Below, piece by piece: positions 11,376 through 26,349 of a stretch of DNA of 64,000 nucleotides; the first letter of the stretch is position 1; every line of letters starts with the position of its first letter. The notes under the pieces are model-generated. The model was not told where the DNA came from. It worked only from the letters and a program-made list of their open reading frames with translations, and ran no database searches. A program made the position numbers and the translations under genes. The stretch comes from Bilabrum cf. latius (Eukaryota): assembly GCA_965178125.1 (NCBI GenBank), contig OZ237738.1, positions 930,001 through 994,000 on the forward strand, given 5' to 3'.

Positions 11376-12620
11376 ATGGAGCAAGCAGCAGGTGCACGCT
11401 CAGGGGAGGTGATCGATCTCGTCAGCAGCGACTCAAGCGACAGCGACTCTGGTGGAAGCGATGTCGAGATTCCCGACCGTCACATTAGCACGATTGCTGC
11501 ATCGCTATCATTGACCAGCAGTCGGTAGTGGGGCAGGCGAGACGCAGATGGGAAAGGTAGGGCCCGAGATTCAGCGAGCGATCGAGCCAAAGCTGTTCCC
11601 ACGTCCATCGTGGCGTCGGGACTATCCAGCAGCAGCGCAATGTTGCCGCAAGAAGTGCAATCTTCAATGCAGTCAAGCTCAGGGGTAGATGCAAGCGGCG
11701 GCACAGGTGCCTCTGTGGGCCAGAAGCGAGGCAGGCAGGCAGAGGCGAGGTCAGCAGACAGCTAGAGCGGATCGAGGGGAAAGAGACGGCGTGGGCAGGG
11801 ATCGATGGGAAAGAGACGGCGTGGACAGGCAGGCGCAATCGGGGCAGGACATCGGTGCAGCGTGTGCGGGCAGGCATTCGGACAGGCAGGCCATCTCAGG
11901 ACGCACATGTCCACAGTGCATCTGGGCGAGCGCAAGCACGAGTGCATGGAGTGCGGCAAGTCATTCGGGCTGGCAAGCAATCTCAGGACGCACATGAGGA
12001 CTGTGCATCTGGGCGAGCGCAAGCACGAGTGCATGGTGTGCGGCAAGCGCTTCGGGCAGGCAGGCAGTCTCAAGACGCACATGATGACTGTGCATGTTGG
12101 GGAGCGCAAGCACGAGTGCATGGAGTGCGGCAAGCGCTTCGGGCAGGCAGGCAATCTCAAGACGCACATGATGACTGTGCATGTTGGGGAGCGCAAGCAC
12201 GAGTGCATGGAGTGCGGCAAGCGCTTCGGGGTGGCAGGCCATCTCAGGAGGCACACGAGGACCGTGCATCTGGGCGAGCGCAATCACGAGTGCATGGAGT
12301 GCGGCAAGTCATTCGGGCTGGCAAGCAATCTCAGGACGCACATGAGGACTGTGCATCTTGGGGAGCGCAGGCACGAGTGCATGGTGTGCGGCAAGTCATT
12401 CGGGGAAGCAGGCCATCTCAGGACGCACATGTCCACTGTGCATCTGGGCGAGCGCAAGCACGAGTGCATGGAGTGCGGCAAGCGCTTCGGGCGGGCAGGC
12501 GATCTCAGGACGCACATGAGGACTGTGCACATGGGCGAGCGCAATCACGAGTGCATGGTGTGCGGCAAGTCATTCGGTGTGGCAGGCCATCTCAGGAGGC
12601 ACACGCGAGGCTGCCATTGA
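11376..12620 (+). CDS. C2H2 zinc-finger array protein, copy 4 (9 fingers)
   Basis: ATG 11376; in-frame TAGs at 11526 and 11763; ends in TGA. Confidence 0.85.
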
Positions 12621-13038
12621 TTCGCTTGCATTCTGCAGCGAGTGGCTCGGCGCTTGACATTGGATTGTGCACGTTGCATGAAAGGGTGTATCTTTGACGG
12701 TCAGGACCAGATGTGCTGCACGCACCCCTCTTGTTCCATCATGCTCAATTAGGTACGATGCTACGTACTCATGCCTGGCAGGGCCTTGACACTCGACTGT
12801 AGCACGTCGGAGGCCCGGCCCCGGATGCCGTTCGTCCGCCCCTGGCAGCGGCTCCGGATCAGAACGGAGAACCGCAACATATTGTCGGCACAATCGCCTC
12901 ATTTCGAACGCCAGCACGATTCAAGCGATCACTTCTCGTATCAATAGACTTCTATCTGCAACTTGGAGTACATTTAGTCGGCAGTTGCGACGCACACCAC
13001 GTGCAGCAGGCCAGCAACCCATCGGTAGGAGTTTCATC

Positions 13039-14715
13039 ATGAGCAAAAAGACCGGCAGGCAGGGAGCCGGGCGCGTTCCAGAGGATTACGAGCCACCAGC
13101 ACCATCAGTTCGCCTGTCCAGCTTCCGGCACGGCAAGGAGCTGCCACAAGGCGATCCAGACGCGGCCCCGGCTCCGCAGGACGTGCCCGAGAGGATTCGG
13201 CGCGCCGAGACTGTGCTTCAATGCCGGACCGACCGAATCATGCTCGTTCTGGAACAGGCAACCGACGAGTAGAACGAGCAGGCGTGCATTCGCACCGCCG
13301 AATCGCTCGGAATCCACCGTGTGGGCCTCGTGAAGGCGCTCATGCGAGAAAACAAGCCCAGGCCGGGCGTCAAGCCGAAGATTTCAAAATCGGCCCAGTA
13401 TTGGCTTGATATCGACGAGTATGACACCCCGGCAGACTGTGCGGCGAGCCTCAAGGCCCAGGGCTACGAAGTATGGGTGACGGACCTGTCTCCGGAATCC
13501 GAGATGCTCGCCTCGCCGGCCGAGTACGCCCACTACATGGCCATGCGAGAGAGGGCCAGCGAGGCGTTCCCACCGGGGGAGGCAGATGATGAGGGAGACG
13601 AGGGAGCGGCCGCCACGGCGGCAGCCAGCCAGGGCCAGGGCTCCTCGGGAGCAGGAGCGTCCAGCGAGCAACCTGCAGCCTCTCCCTTGCTGCCGCCCCC
13701 CCCCTCCTCCTCCTCCTCCTCCTCCTCCACCACCGCTTAGTCGTCGTCGTCGTCGTCGTCGTCGTCTCCTCAGGCTGCGGCAGCTGGGGCCACGGGCCCT
13801 GCCTCCGCGGTGAGCACCGGCAGCGGCAGCATGAACGGCTCTCCGAGCGCCTCTGCTGCCCCAGTCTCGGGGTCGGCCTCGGGACCGGCTGCTGCGGGCG
13901 CTGGCTCGAGCGCACCAGCGGTGCAGCCGCTGCCGCCATCCGCGGGTACGGGTGCGGCCGCCTCGCGAGCCATGCGGCACGCTGCCAAGGCCGTGGGCGC
14001 CCTCCCCGCCCGCGTGGCCATCGTCATGGGCCGCGAGTCGGACGGGGTGAGCGAGGCGATGAAGCGGCTCGCCGACAAGAGGGTCTTCCTCCCCATGTGG
14101 GGCTTCACCGAGAGCCTGAACCTGTCGGTTGCAACCGCGCTGGTGCTGGACAGGCTCCTCAACATGCTGGGGCCGGAGCGCTTCGGGCTGCCTGCCGACA
14201 TGCACCGCGGCTCCCGGCGGTCGTGGCTGCCGTGCATCGCCAAGTCGCCGGCCATGCTGCCCGTGTATGCCTCCGTGATGGCAAAGGAGGAGCGCGAGCC
14301 GGGCTACATCCGGCCCATCGGCGAGCTGAGGCGGTTCGCCTCGAGCCGGCAGAAGCAGTATTTGACGAGGGGCAGGATCGAGAGGAGGGTGGCCGTCGAC
14401 GTGCTCATGGGGCGCGTCCCCGGCCTCACCGAGGAGCAAAGGAAGGAGGCGGTGGAGCCCGGCCTGAAGGAGATCAGGAGGGCGAGCTACTTTGCGGGCG
14501 CCAAGACCAAGGGGTACCGCGAGAGGGTGCTCAGGGCGGGGCACGGGGACCCCATGGTGGAGTTCACAGAGGCGGAGCTGGTGGAGGAGGCCATGGCGGG
14601 GTCGGAGGACGGCGAAGGGGAGGCGGGTCCGGGAGCGAGTGGGGCGGCGTCCTCCTCGGGGGGCTCGGCGGGCGGAGGGGACGAGCATCCACCGGCGAAA
14701 CGGCCCCGCACGTGA
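13039..14715 (+). CDS. SpoU/TrmH-family (SPOUT) RNA 2'-O-methyltransferase
   Basis: Motifs LVLEQATDE(TAG)NEQACIRTAESLG, AIVMGRESDGVS and LPMWGFTESLNLSVA lie in one frame joined through TAGs at 13270 and 13738; ends in TGA. Confidence 0.85.
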
Positions 14716-15240
14716 GGCTTGGTGTATTTGTGTAGAATGGTTTCGAAGGGCGAGCAATCGCACCGGCAACACTTTCGGCTAGAACTTTTCCCGCATGAAA
14801 CGCTAACGCAGCATCAGGAGTTGACTCTCCGATTGGTCCATTCAAAAAATTTTACCCCTGACGTGAGCGCGAAGCCCACGCCTCCTGCCGTTACAGACGT
14901 CCCGAGACAGTCCCGAAGGACGCTCGGATGCAATGACCTGCTCAGGCTGGGCGACCTAGCCTTCTTGATCGCTAGGAATCACAAGGTAAGGTAAGTAATG
15001 CTAGAGCGTGGGTGGAGGGAGTGGTATTCATACATTTCTATTTTGACATAGACAATGTTGTATACTGCACTGTATTGGTATCCACGTCAACTATCCTCTG
15101 CACGAAGATGAAGATGGTGTCCGCCGAGGCAGCGGTGCAGACTGCGTGTCAATCAAGAAGAGCATGCCCGCATTTGATTGAATCTGTACAATGTAATGTG
15201 ACAGAGGGATGAGAGCAGCGCGTGCCTTCCGCGCAAGACA

Positions 15241-18200
15241 ATGGACTACACTCACTTGCACATTGACAGCGCCGGCACACGCTTGATCCCAAGCGGCATT
15301 CCGGCCCCGCACGGTTCAGCTCGGAGCAGCAAGACGTCTAATGCAGCACTGCACGGATCTTGTGGTGGTGCGGTGCGTTGTGCCTGCCTGCAGCTTCACC
15401 TTGAACAGGCTGGCAGCGGTTGCAGCGCAGCGATGCTGCCTTGGATCCAGTCCGCCGGGGGGATCCGTGCGCCGCTGAGCGCGACACAAGCATTCCGCCA
15501 TCCTCAAGAGTGTGCTATAAACGATCCACGCCTATCATTGCCGATGCTGACTTCACCAGAGTCTCATGGAGATGCCGTGATACAGTCGACGATGCTCATC
15601 GGCAGGCTCGCCCCGACGAAGGTGGGTGCTTTCTGCAGCGATGCCATCCACCTGCGCAGGGGGCTAAAGGACGAGAGTACGAATAGAATGGCCTTTTTCT
15701 AGGAGCTCCACGTCGGGACCCCTGGTAGCGCACATGCCCTCGCGCGCCTTGAGCAGACCGGCAATCTGGCGGACGCCATGCCCCTGCTCAGGGACTTGCA
15801 CGCCAAGGCAGCCCAGCGCGTAGTGGCGCTAAATGCTTTGGCCGAACCCAGGCTCGTGATGCTGGGTGACGCGGTGAATGCGGCGTCTGAGGCGAAGCAG
15901 CAGTCTGGCGCCCGCGCGGGCCGAGGTGCGAGGCAAGTGCCCAGGCTCTGCGTCAAACAGGAGCACTTCGACAAGCTTGGAGCTCGTGAGTCAGGCACCT
16001 ACCTTCAAGGCACCATCCTACTGCCAGTAGACCATGAGCCAAGGCAGTGCTGCGCGCTACGAAGAACAAAGGTTCGAGGGCCTCCTCGGCTGCGGCTACT
16101 CGGCTGACAGGCGATGCCCTCGCGGCTGCGCTTGTTGCCGCAGGCCTCAATGCTGCGGTTGACGGTGGGATGCTTCGGCTGAGGAACCTGTTCTTTCGTC
16201 CCATGGAGCCCTGCACGGAGATTGGCTTCTCGAGCCAGGCCTCGCAGACAACCCGAGCCACTGTCAGCCTGACTCCCTCCCCGAGCCGGGCACCCCGGTC
16301 GCAGAGGCAGCAGCCGCAGAGATTGTGGTGAACATGCTGCCCGGGCACTCCTCTCTGATTGACGAAGCGCTGTGCCCCGAATGCCCCACCATGGGAGGTA
16401 TCCAGTGGGAGACCACGGAGGGGGAGCAGGCTCGCGCCCAAGACCTGCTCCAGATCGCGGAGAGGGCTGTCAGTCAGGCGAGTCTTGCCTACGATGGTGC
16501 CTCGACGGGTGCTGCACCATCTGTGGGATCCAGTGCTGCTATTGGTGCTGCGGCCGCCGCGGGCAGCCATCTCCAAGGAACCGGAACTGGCGAGGTCAAG
16601 GCTGCTTCTTCAACGGCTGGAGCAGACTCCCTCACTACTGGGCTGCAGCTGCGTCATGTGGTCCTCAACGACCCCGATGCCACTGTGTCTGGCATGCTGA
16701 ATCGAGTCAAGAAGCTCGGAAAATCCGAGACTCGGTGCTTCGTTCTTAGTCCCGTCCGCCGAGCGGCCATGGCGACGATCAGGGCCCTACAAAGAGCTGC
16801 CAAGCCACAGCAGAAGGCAGCAGGCACGGGCGAGACGTCCCCCGTTGCCGCATCCAGCAGCAGCAGCAGCAGCAGCAGCAGCGCCCAGCGGACAGGTGCA
16901 ACTGCCAGCGCAAGCACCAGCGGAACCGGTTCCGGCAGCGATGCGATCCAACGGTGCCCACAGGTGGTCATCTCCTCTAGCGAAGGCGGACCTTCCATGA
17001 TGAGCATCGCAAGTGAGGTCTGCACTGAGATGCGCCGCGACCACGAGCTCGAGGATTACCTGCATAGCTTCATGTCCGAAGTCTCCGCCAACGTGATCTG
17101 CAAGGACCGCGAGGTGAAGAACGAGGCCGACTCACCGGAGTCTGGATCAGCTCTAGAAGAGGAGGAGGACGCTAGATCTACGCATAAGAAAAGCATCGGG
17201 AAGACTCGGCCAGCGTACCACCTGGATTAGACTCCGAGTGCAGCGTCACAGTTGGAGCGCGAGCGGGAGGCCAATGAAACAGTGTCCATGCAGAGCAGCG
17301 CTTCGGCTACAGCCGTTCTCCCGGCCCTCGACCGCGCCTCAGCAGCACCATGTCCGCAGTCGCCATTGACGGTTTCTGTGATCGAGTCGGGCGACGATGC
17401 GTCGATGCTGTTCAAGAGGAGTCCCAAGTACCAGCTCGTCGTGGCCCTGGTCCTCCACCCCGATCGTGTCGCCCGTGCGAGTTGCAAGGGCAGCAGCAGC
17501 AGCAGCAGCAGCAGTCGCTGCCCTGACGATGTGGTAGAGCTGGTAGTCGCCACACAGCACCCACAGCTCCTGCGAGCCTGTGCTAGCACCGGCTACACAG
17601 GAAGGCACTCGTCTGCGCCTCACACGGTGTTGCGGGAGTCTGTGGACTTCGCGCTGCCCGAGGCCCGATGCCGGCTTGGCCAGGGAGAGGGAGGCTCTTG
17701 CACTGCACCCGTTGCATCTTCCGCAGAATCTGATACGGGCCCTCTCTGCGCAGAGCCCTCGCAGATCGAGGAAGGCGCTATTGGTGATCTGAACCTGCTG
17801 TCTGGTCGCCAAGTGCCACGTGTGCCGTCCAGTACCAGCCCCATCTAGCCCGCCATGGCCCTCATCATGGCCGCAGGAGCAGCTGTGCAGACGAGAGCAG
17901 GTGACCTGCCGGAGCGCCCCTGCACGCTGGCAGCCGTGCGTATCTCGTGGTCTGACCAATCCACTTCCATCCCCGGGTTTGAGCAGTGCATGCAGTCCAT
18001 ACAGCAGAGGGCCGTTGCAAGGTCCGCGCAGGGTCTTTATGCTGGGCCTGACCAAAGAGCTGCACAGGCGAGAGGACGCAGCAGCAGCAGCAGCAGCAGT
18101 GCAGCCGCGGCCCCCACTGCTCGCAACAACATTCGCGTCATGGACAAGTTCCGGAGTGATGCTGGCACGAGCACGCGACTGGTGGAGGTGGACACGAGTT

Positions 18201-20503
18201 CCCGCGCGGGGCAGCTGCTTCTCAACGCAGGATTCGGCTCGGACGCTCTGTGTGTGCTGCTCGCGCAGTCAGGGCTCGCACAGGCCTCTGTGGACCGCAC
18301 AGAGAATCCAGTGGATGCAGCGACGGTCTTGTACGTCAGTGGTCGGGAATTGACTGGGGCTAGGAAGGATATTTGGAAGCCAAGATCAGCCGTGCCTAGC
18401 GCCTGGATTTCAGGTGGGCGCTTGCTGGTTCTGTCAGGCGTGGACAGCACGAGACGTGGTATGTACCCCTTGAGCACGGGGCGGCTGGTCCTCGTCCACT
18501 GCAGGTACCATGAGGACAAGCTGCAACTTCTGTCCCACAGGCCAGCGCAGCAGCGCAAGTTGGGCCAGGAGCGGCTGGAGGTGCTGCAGGTGCGAGCGAC
18601 GAGAGTGGTCAAACGTCAAGGTGGCGTCAGCGACAAGCCCGCGTCGTCAGCTGGTACGAGCAGCGTCAAGCCGGCCGACGAGACAGTTGCTTCCAGGTTT
18701 GCCACCCTGATGATAATGATCAACCAGACCGTCGACGGAAAGGATGACCTCACAAACGGGGGCAAGCTTGCCAAGAGGGTGTTTGAGATTGTGGGCGAGC
18801 GTGATACGGTAGCAGTGTCGGGTGTCGCCAAGATCGTTCGGTGGCACGGCGGGCTCGAAGATCTCACCCCGACTGCAGCGGGAAAGCTGTGGCGCCCTCT
18901 TTTTCGTCAGGCGGGACTCGTAAGCAATAATCCTCGCTGGAGGGACCCCATGCGATCGTCCGAGCAAAGTGCTCAAAGGGTTCAGGGATGCGAGGAATTC
19001 GAGATGGTCAAGCAGGTCCGCTACATATGCGAATGTGGCCCCAACGTGGGGGACTGGGCCGGCGACGGGGTATCGGAATCGCCTACGAAACACGATGCCA
19101 AAGCGGTCCTGAGGGAACTCATGGCCAAGCAGGGTACCGTGGCAGCTGCCGAGCCAAAGGGGCACACTGCCACGCGCAACATCTCGTTCGACGCTCGGGT
19201 ATCGGTTACGGGCTGCCTATTCTCGGTACAAAGCATTGAGCGGATCGTTTCGGTAGGCGCTGGAGCCGGGATTCTGAAGAACATGCTCGTTCGGGACGTG
19301 GCGGCGCAGTCCGGTGCTCCCGTGGAGGCTGTGCATGCCGCCGACCCGGACAGCACCAAGGAGCACGTGCCCGAGACGCTCGACCAGTGCAATCCGAAGG
19401 TTCCCTTCGCTGCGCTTGACTGGGAGATCCTGGTGCAAGAAATCGATCTGCGCGGCCATGCAGCAGCCAGCGCGGCAGGTAGTGCCGAACCCGGCATCAA
19501 GGTCATCGGCGAGCTGACACATAAAAGTCTCCTGCTCACCCCCACGGAGGAAGGAGCAGCTGGCGCCGCGCGTGGACCGAGCGCCCCCGTCCAGCCTCGC
19601 ATCGACCCCCGAGTGCAAGGAGCAGTAAATGCCTTGGTGCTTCACGCGATGGTCTCTGCCAAGGGCTTCCCTGGAGGCACCTGCGTGATGCTGCGCGTGG
19701 ACAACGGCACCGCGCTGTTTTCCCTTCCTAGGGGTGCAGGTTTGCGCCGCCATGGCACTGCAAGGGGGATGCACCAGTCCGTGATGCTCAAGAAAGGCAG
19801 GAAGACTGGCTCGCAAGCGGGAGAGAAAACTGGCGCTGGCAAGTCGCAGAGGAGTAGGTCCACTGGCAAGAAGACGTCAAGGAAGTCGTCACCTTCAGCC
19901 AAGGACGGCGCAGGCTCCAAGGTGACTGCAGGCGGTCGCAAGCAGCCTCGCAGCACCTCCGTAACGTAGTCAAGGCTGAACCACTTCTTTTTGAAGCCGT
20001 CGCCCCCAAGCCTCGCCGGAGGCGACTAGATGGGCCCGCAGGCTGCGCTGGCCGGCACGGGCCTGGGCCCCCAAGCCGGGCAGCAGAGGCAGTTGCCCAT
20101 GCAGGGCGGCGGCGCTAACCCCCGGTCGAGTTTGGGCATGGGCCCCCAAGCCAGGCAGCAGAGGCAGTTGCCCATGCAGGGCGGCGGCGATGGTACCCGC
20201 ACAGGCCTGGTCATCGACCTCGGGGATGACGAAGACGACGACGACGGTGATGACAACGAAGAGGCATGGAACGACAGTGCCAACAACGCAGGTCAGCTGG
20301 CATCCCCCGCGAGGCTCCCCGACGAAGAAGATGGCCGCGGCGAGCGGCCAGCCAAACGACTGAGGACCGTCGCTGCAGGTTCGGGTGCAACTGTGCCGCA
20401 GCGAGGCAACGGCGTGCTGGATGGTGACGAGAGCCCCTGTGTTTCGAACGCGTCTCCCGCGCGAGGCGGCGCTTCCGCTTCAAGCTGGGCTGTCTATCGG
20501 TGA
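15241..20503 (+). CDS. Large protein of unknown function (~1750 aa; C-terminal VIDL-acidic motif and RPAKRLR NLS-like motif); start uncertain
   Basis: Track ORFs 16325, 17252, 17855 and 20030 share one frame separated only by TAG; ends in TGA. Two apparent 1-nt deletions near 16038 and 16168 are needed to join the 5' part. Confidence 0.6.
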
Positions 20504-20679
20504 GGCGTCCATGCGATTTGAAGGTTTGGTGTCGTGAGGATGTGGACGACGTTAGGTGGGTCCATTTACTTGGTATTCGCCCTGGCCAAGGAGAGCGTGG
20601 ACTCCAGTGCGTTTCAGCTTTTTGCAATGAATCGTGTTTACACACATTTTGTATGATATGCCCAAGCAAGGGATCACAA

Positions 20680-20705
20680 GCTGGTATAGCTCAGTTGATC
20701 GAGCG
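20680..20705 (+). pseudogene. 5' fragment of the tRNA at 22092-22164 (inverted relative to it)
   Basis: GCTGGTATAGCTCAGTTG is identical to the first 18 nt of the tRNA and the D-stem closes (GAGCG). The rest of the tRNA is missing. Confidence 0.6.
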
Positions 20706-20764
20706 TGTCTCTCTCGACGCGCTTCAATCCTGATGTCCGAGTATGTACGACATGAACTATAGCT

Positions 20765-21597
20765 ATCATCATGTCCCTCCTGCACGCCCCCGGGGGGATG
20801 CTAGGCTACTCCACCCTGCTTCCCATTCATGCTGGGCCCCCACCACATCATCATCATGTCCCTCCTGCACGCCCCCGGGGGGATGCTAGGCTACCCCACC
20901 CTGCTTCCCATTCATGCTGGGCCCCCACCACATCATCATCATGTCCCTCCTGCACGCCCCCGGGGGGATGCTAGGCTACTCCACCCTGCTTCCCATCCAT
21001 GCTGGGCCCCCACCACATCATCATCATGTCCCTCCTGCACGCCCCCGGGGGGATGCTAGGCTACCCCACCCTGCTTCCCATTCATGCTGGGCCCCCACCA
21101 CATCATCATCATGTCCCTCCTGCACGCCCCCGGGGGGATGCTAGGCTACTCCACCCTGCTTCCCATTCATGCTGGGCCCCCACCACATCATCATCATGTC
21201 CCTCCTGCACGCCCCCGGGGGGATGCTAGGCTACTCCACCCTGCTTCCCATCCATGCTGGGCCCCCACCACATCATCATCATGTCCCTCCTGCACGCCCC
21301 CGGGGGGATGCTAGGCTACTCCACCCTGCTTCCCATCCATGCTGGGCCCCCACCACATCATCATCATGTCCCTCCTGCACGCCCCCGGGGGGATGCTAGG
21401 CTACTCCACCCTGCTTCCCATTCATGCTGGGCCCCCACCACATCATCATCATGTCCCTCCTGCACGCCCCCGGGGGGATGCTAGGCTACCCCACCCTGCT
21501 TCCCATTCATGCTGGGCCCCCACCACATCATCATCATGTCCCTCCTGCACGCCCCCGGGGGGATGCTAGGCTACTCCACCCTGCTTCCCATCCATGC
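20765..21597. repeat. 85-bp tandem repeat (minisatellite), ~9.8 copies
   Basis: Unit catcatcatcatgtccctcctgcacgcccccggggggatgctaggctacYccaccctgcttcccatYcatgctgggcccccacca; only two variable sites seen. Confidence 0.95.
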
Positions 21598-22091
21598 TGC
21601 TGCTACTTGCTCAAGAGAATAGAGACGCAACACCAGTTCGTCGCTATTTCGTAGCCATTCCAATCATGATACTATAATCTGCGTGCAATGCCAAGCAATT
21701 GTGGCATGCAAGTCCCCCGTGAACTGCTTCCGCTTACCGCAGCGTGTCGTCTCCCGATGGATCGGCAGCGCGGTTTATCAGATACGCCTTCTTTACGAAG
21801 AGGCTTTCAAGAGGGGACGTCATTAACCGTGCTACGTCCGACTCAAGTCGTGTGCAACGGTTTGGCACGGGAGCCACTACACCGCAAAGATAGCTGTACA
21901 CTGTGGCGCGCGAGAAGATCACCGGACGGAACTACTCTCAGCTACTGTGAATGTAAACACATAAAATCTTCTTAAAATCCAGGCCTTGGGTCACGGCGAT
22001 GCTCAGTAAGCCGATTCATTTAGTTCCTTCGTCCTGTAATAGTCGCGGCAACCGAATTAAAAATAAAAATAGTAAAAATAAAAAAGTTAAT

Positions 22092-22164
22092 TACTGGAAC
22101 TGGGTCTCGATCCCAGGACTTGCCGCTTATCAGACGACCGCTCTACCAACTGAGCTATACCAGC
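22092..22164 (-). tRNA. tRNA-Ile, anticodon GAT
   Basis: 73-nt cloverleaf GCTGGTA TA GCTC AGTTGGTA GAGC G GTCGT CTGATAA GCGGC AAGTC CTGGG ATCGAGA CCCAG TTCCAGT A. AT-rich TATA-like sequence upstream and T5 runs just downstream (Pol III terminator-like). Confidence 0.8.
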
Positions 22165-22628
22165 GCTTGGACGTTGTATATAATTTAAATATAGAGAGCA
22201 TAAATTGTATATTGCTATCATTAGTTTCTTCCTTTTTCCTCTCCATCCAGCAAGCAGGCCAGAGCTGCGGTTTCCCGATACTCCAGCCGTGACAATCGAA
22301 TATACGCTGCACCTTATGCAATGCTTACTGTCTCAATCGGGATCAGGCCGGACGGTGCGGACAGAATAAATGGGTCCCAAGTTCGCTGGTAGCTGCGTTG
22401 CACACGCAAGGCCGCGTGACGCACGATCAGCGCATGCCCAAGTACTACTTGCCACGAACAAAAATCCTGCCGCGGAATTCTGAGCCTCATAGACATTGGT
22501 AGAGCTATGCGCGCGTGCGACCACGTCTGGCGGCACGCAGTCGCGGGCGGGTGGGGTCGCTCACACGAGCGTGGCGCGGCAGTGGCGATCGATCTGGTCA
22601 CACGTTTGCGCTTCGAGGCACTTCGAAC

Positions 22629-26096
<3,468 letters not shown>

Positions 26097-26349
26097 AGAT
26101 GACTACGAGACGAATCCACGAAGACCTGGGATCTACCAGACTTCACGCTTCATCTGCAATGGCCTAAACCACCTGAGCTCCACCCGGAGGACCCTATTTC
26201 GCCTGGAGAGCGATCTGAGCAAAATGTTGCGACCGAACCAAACTTGACGATGAAGATCCAGAGGCCTCGGGGGAGATGCAGAGCAGAATTGCAGCGAACA
26301 GAGGCCGTAAAGGCCCTGACCAGCTTGCGGATCATGAAATTGCATTGAA

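Larger units (their letters stand above)
1..12837 (+). repeat. Tandem segmental duplication, ~3.3-4 kb units (Gly/Gln-rich ORF fragment + ZF gene + 3' flank with or without the 510-bp insert)
   Basis: Near-identical blocks start at ~1630, ~4960 and ~10445. Similarity ends at ~12837 (ccggatgccgttcg). Confidence 0.9.

Noticed and set aside
15-12697. Alternative-frame and antisense ORFs over the ZF arrays as overlapping genes
   Set aside because: They are by-products of a stop-poor 87-bp in-frame repeat.
16030-16175. Programmed frameshifting in the large unknown gene
   Set aside because: Both breaks are repaired by adding one G in a G run (catgag[g]cc, ggtggg[g]at). This is typical of long-read error or simple mutation, and there is no slippery site.
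20765-21597. CRISPR array or His-rich coding repeats
   Set aside because: There are no unique spacers or cas genes and the context is eukaryotic. The 85-bp period shifts frame, so the repeated 76-aa ORFs are artefacts.
22092-22164. The tRNA as the UAG-decoding suppressor
   Set aside because: The anticodon is 5'-GAT-3' (Ile). UAG decoding needs CTA, and I found no such tRNA in the window.
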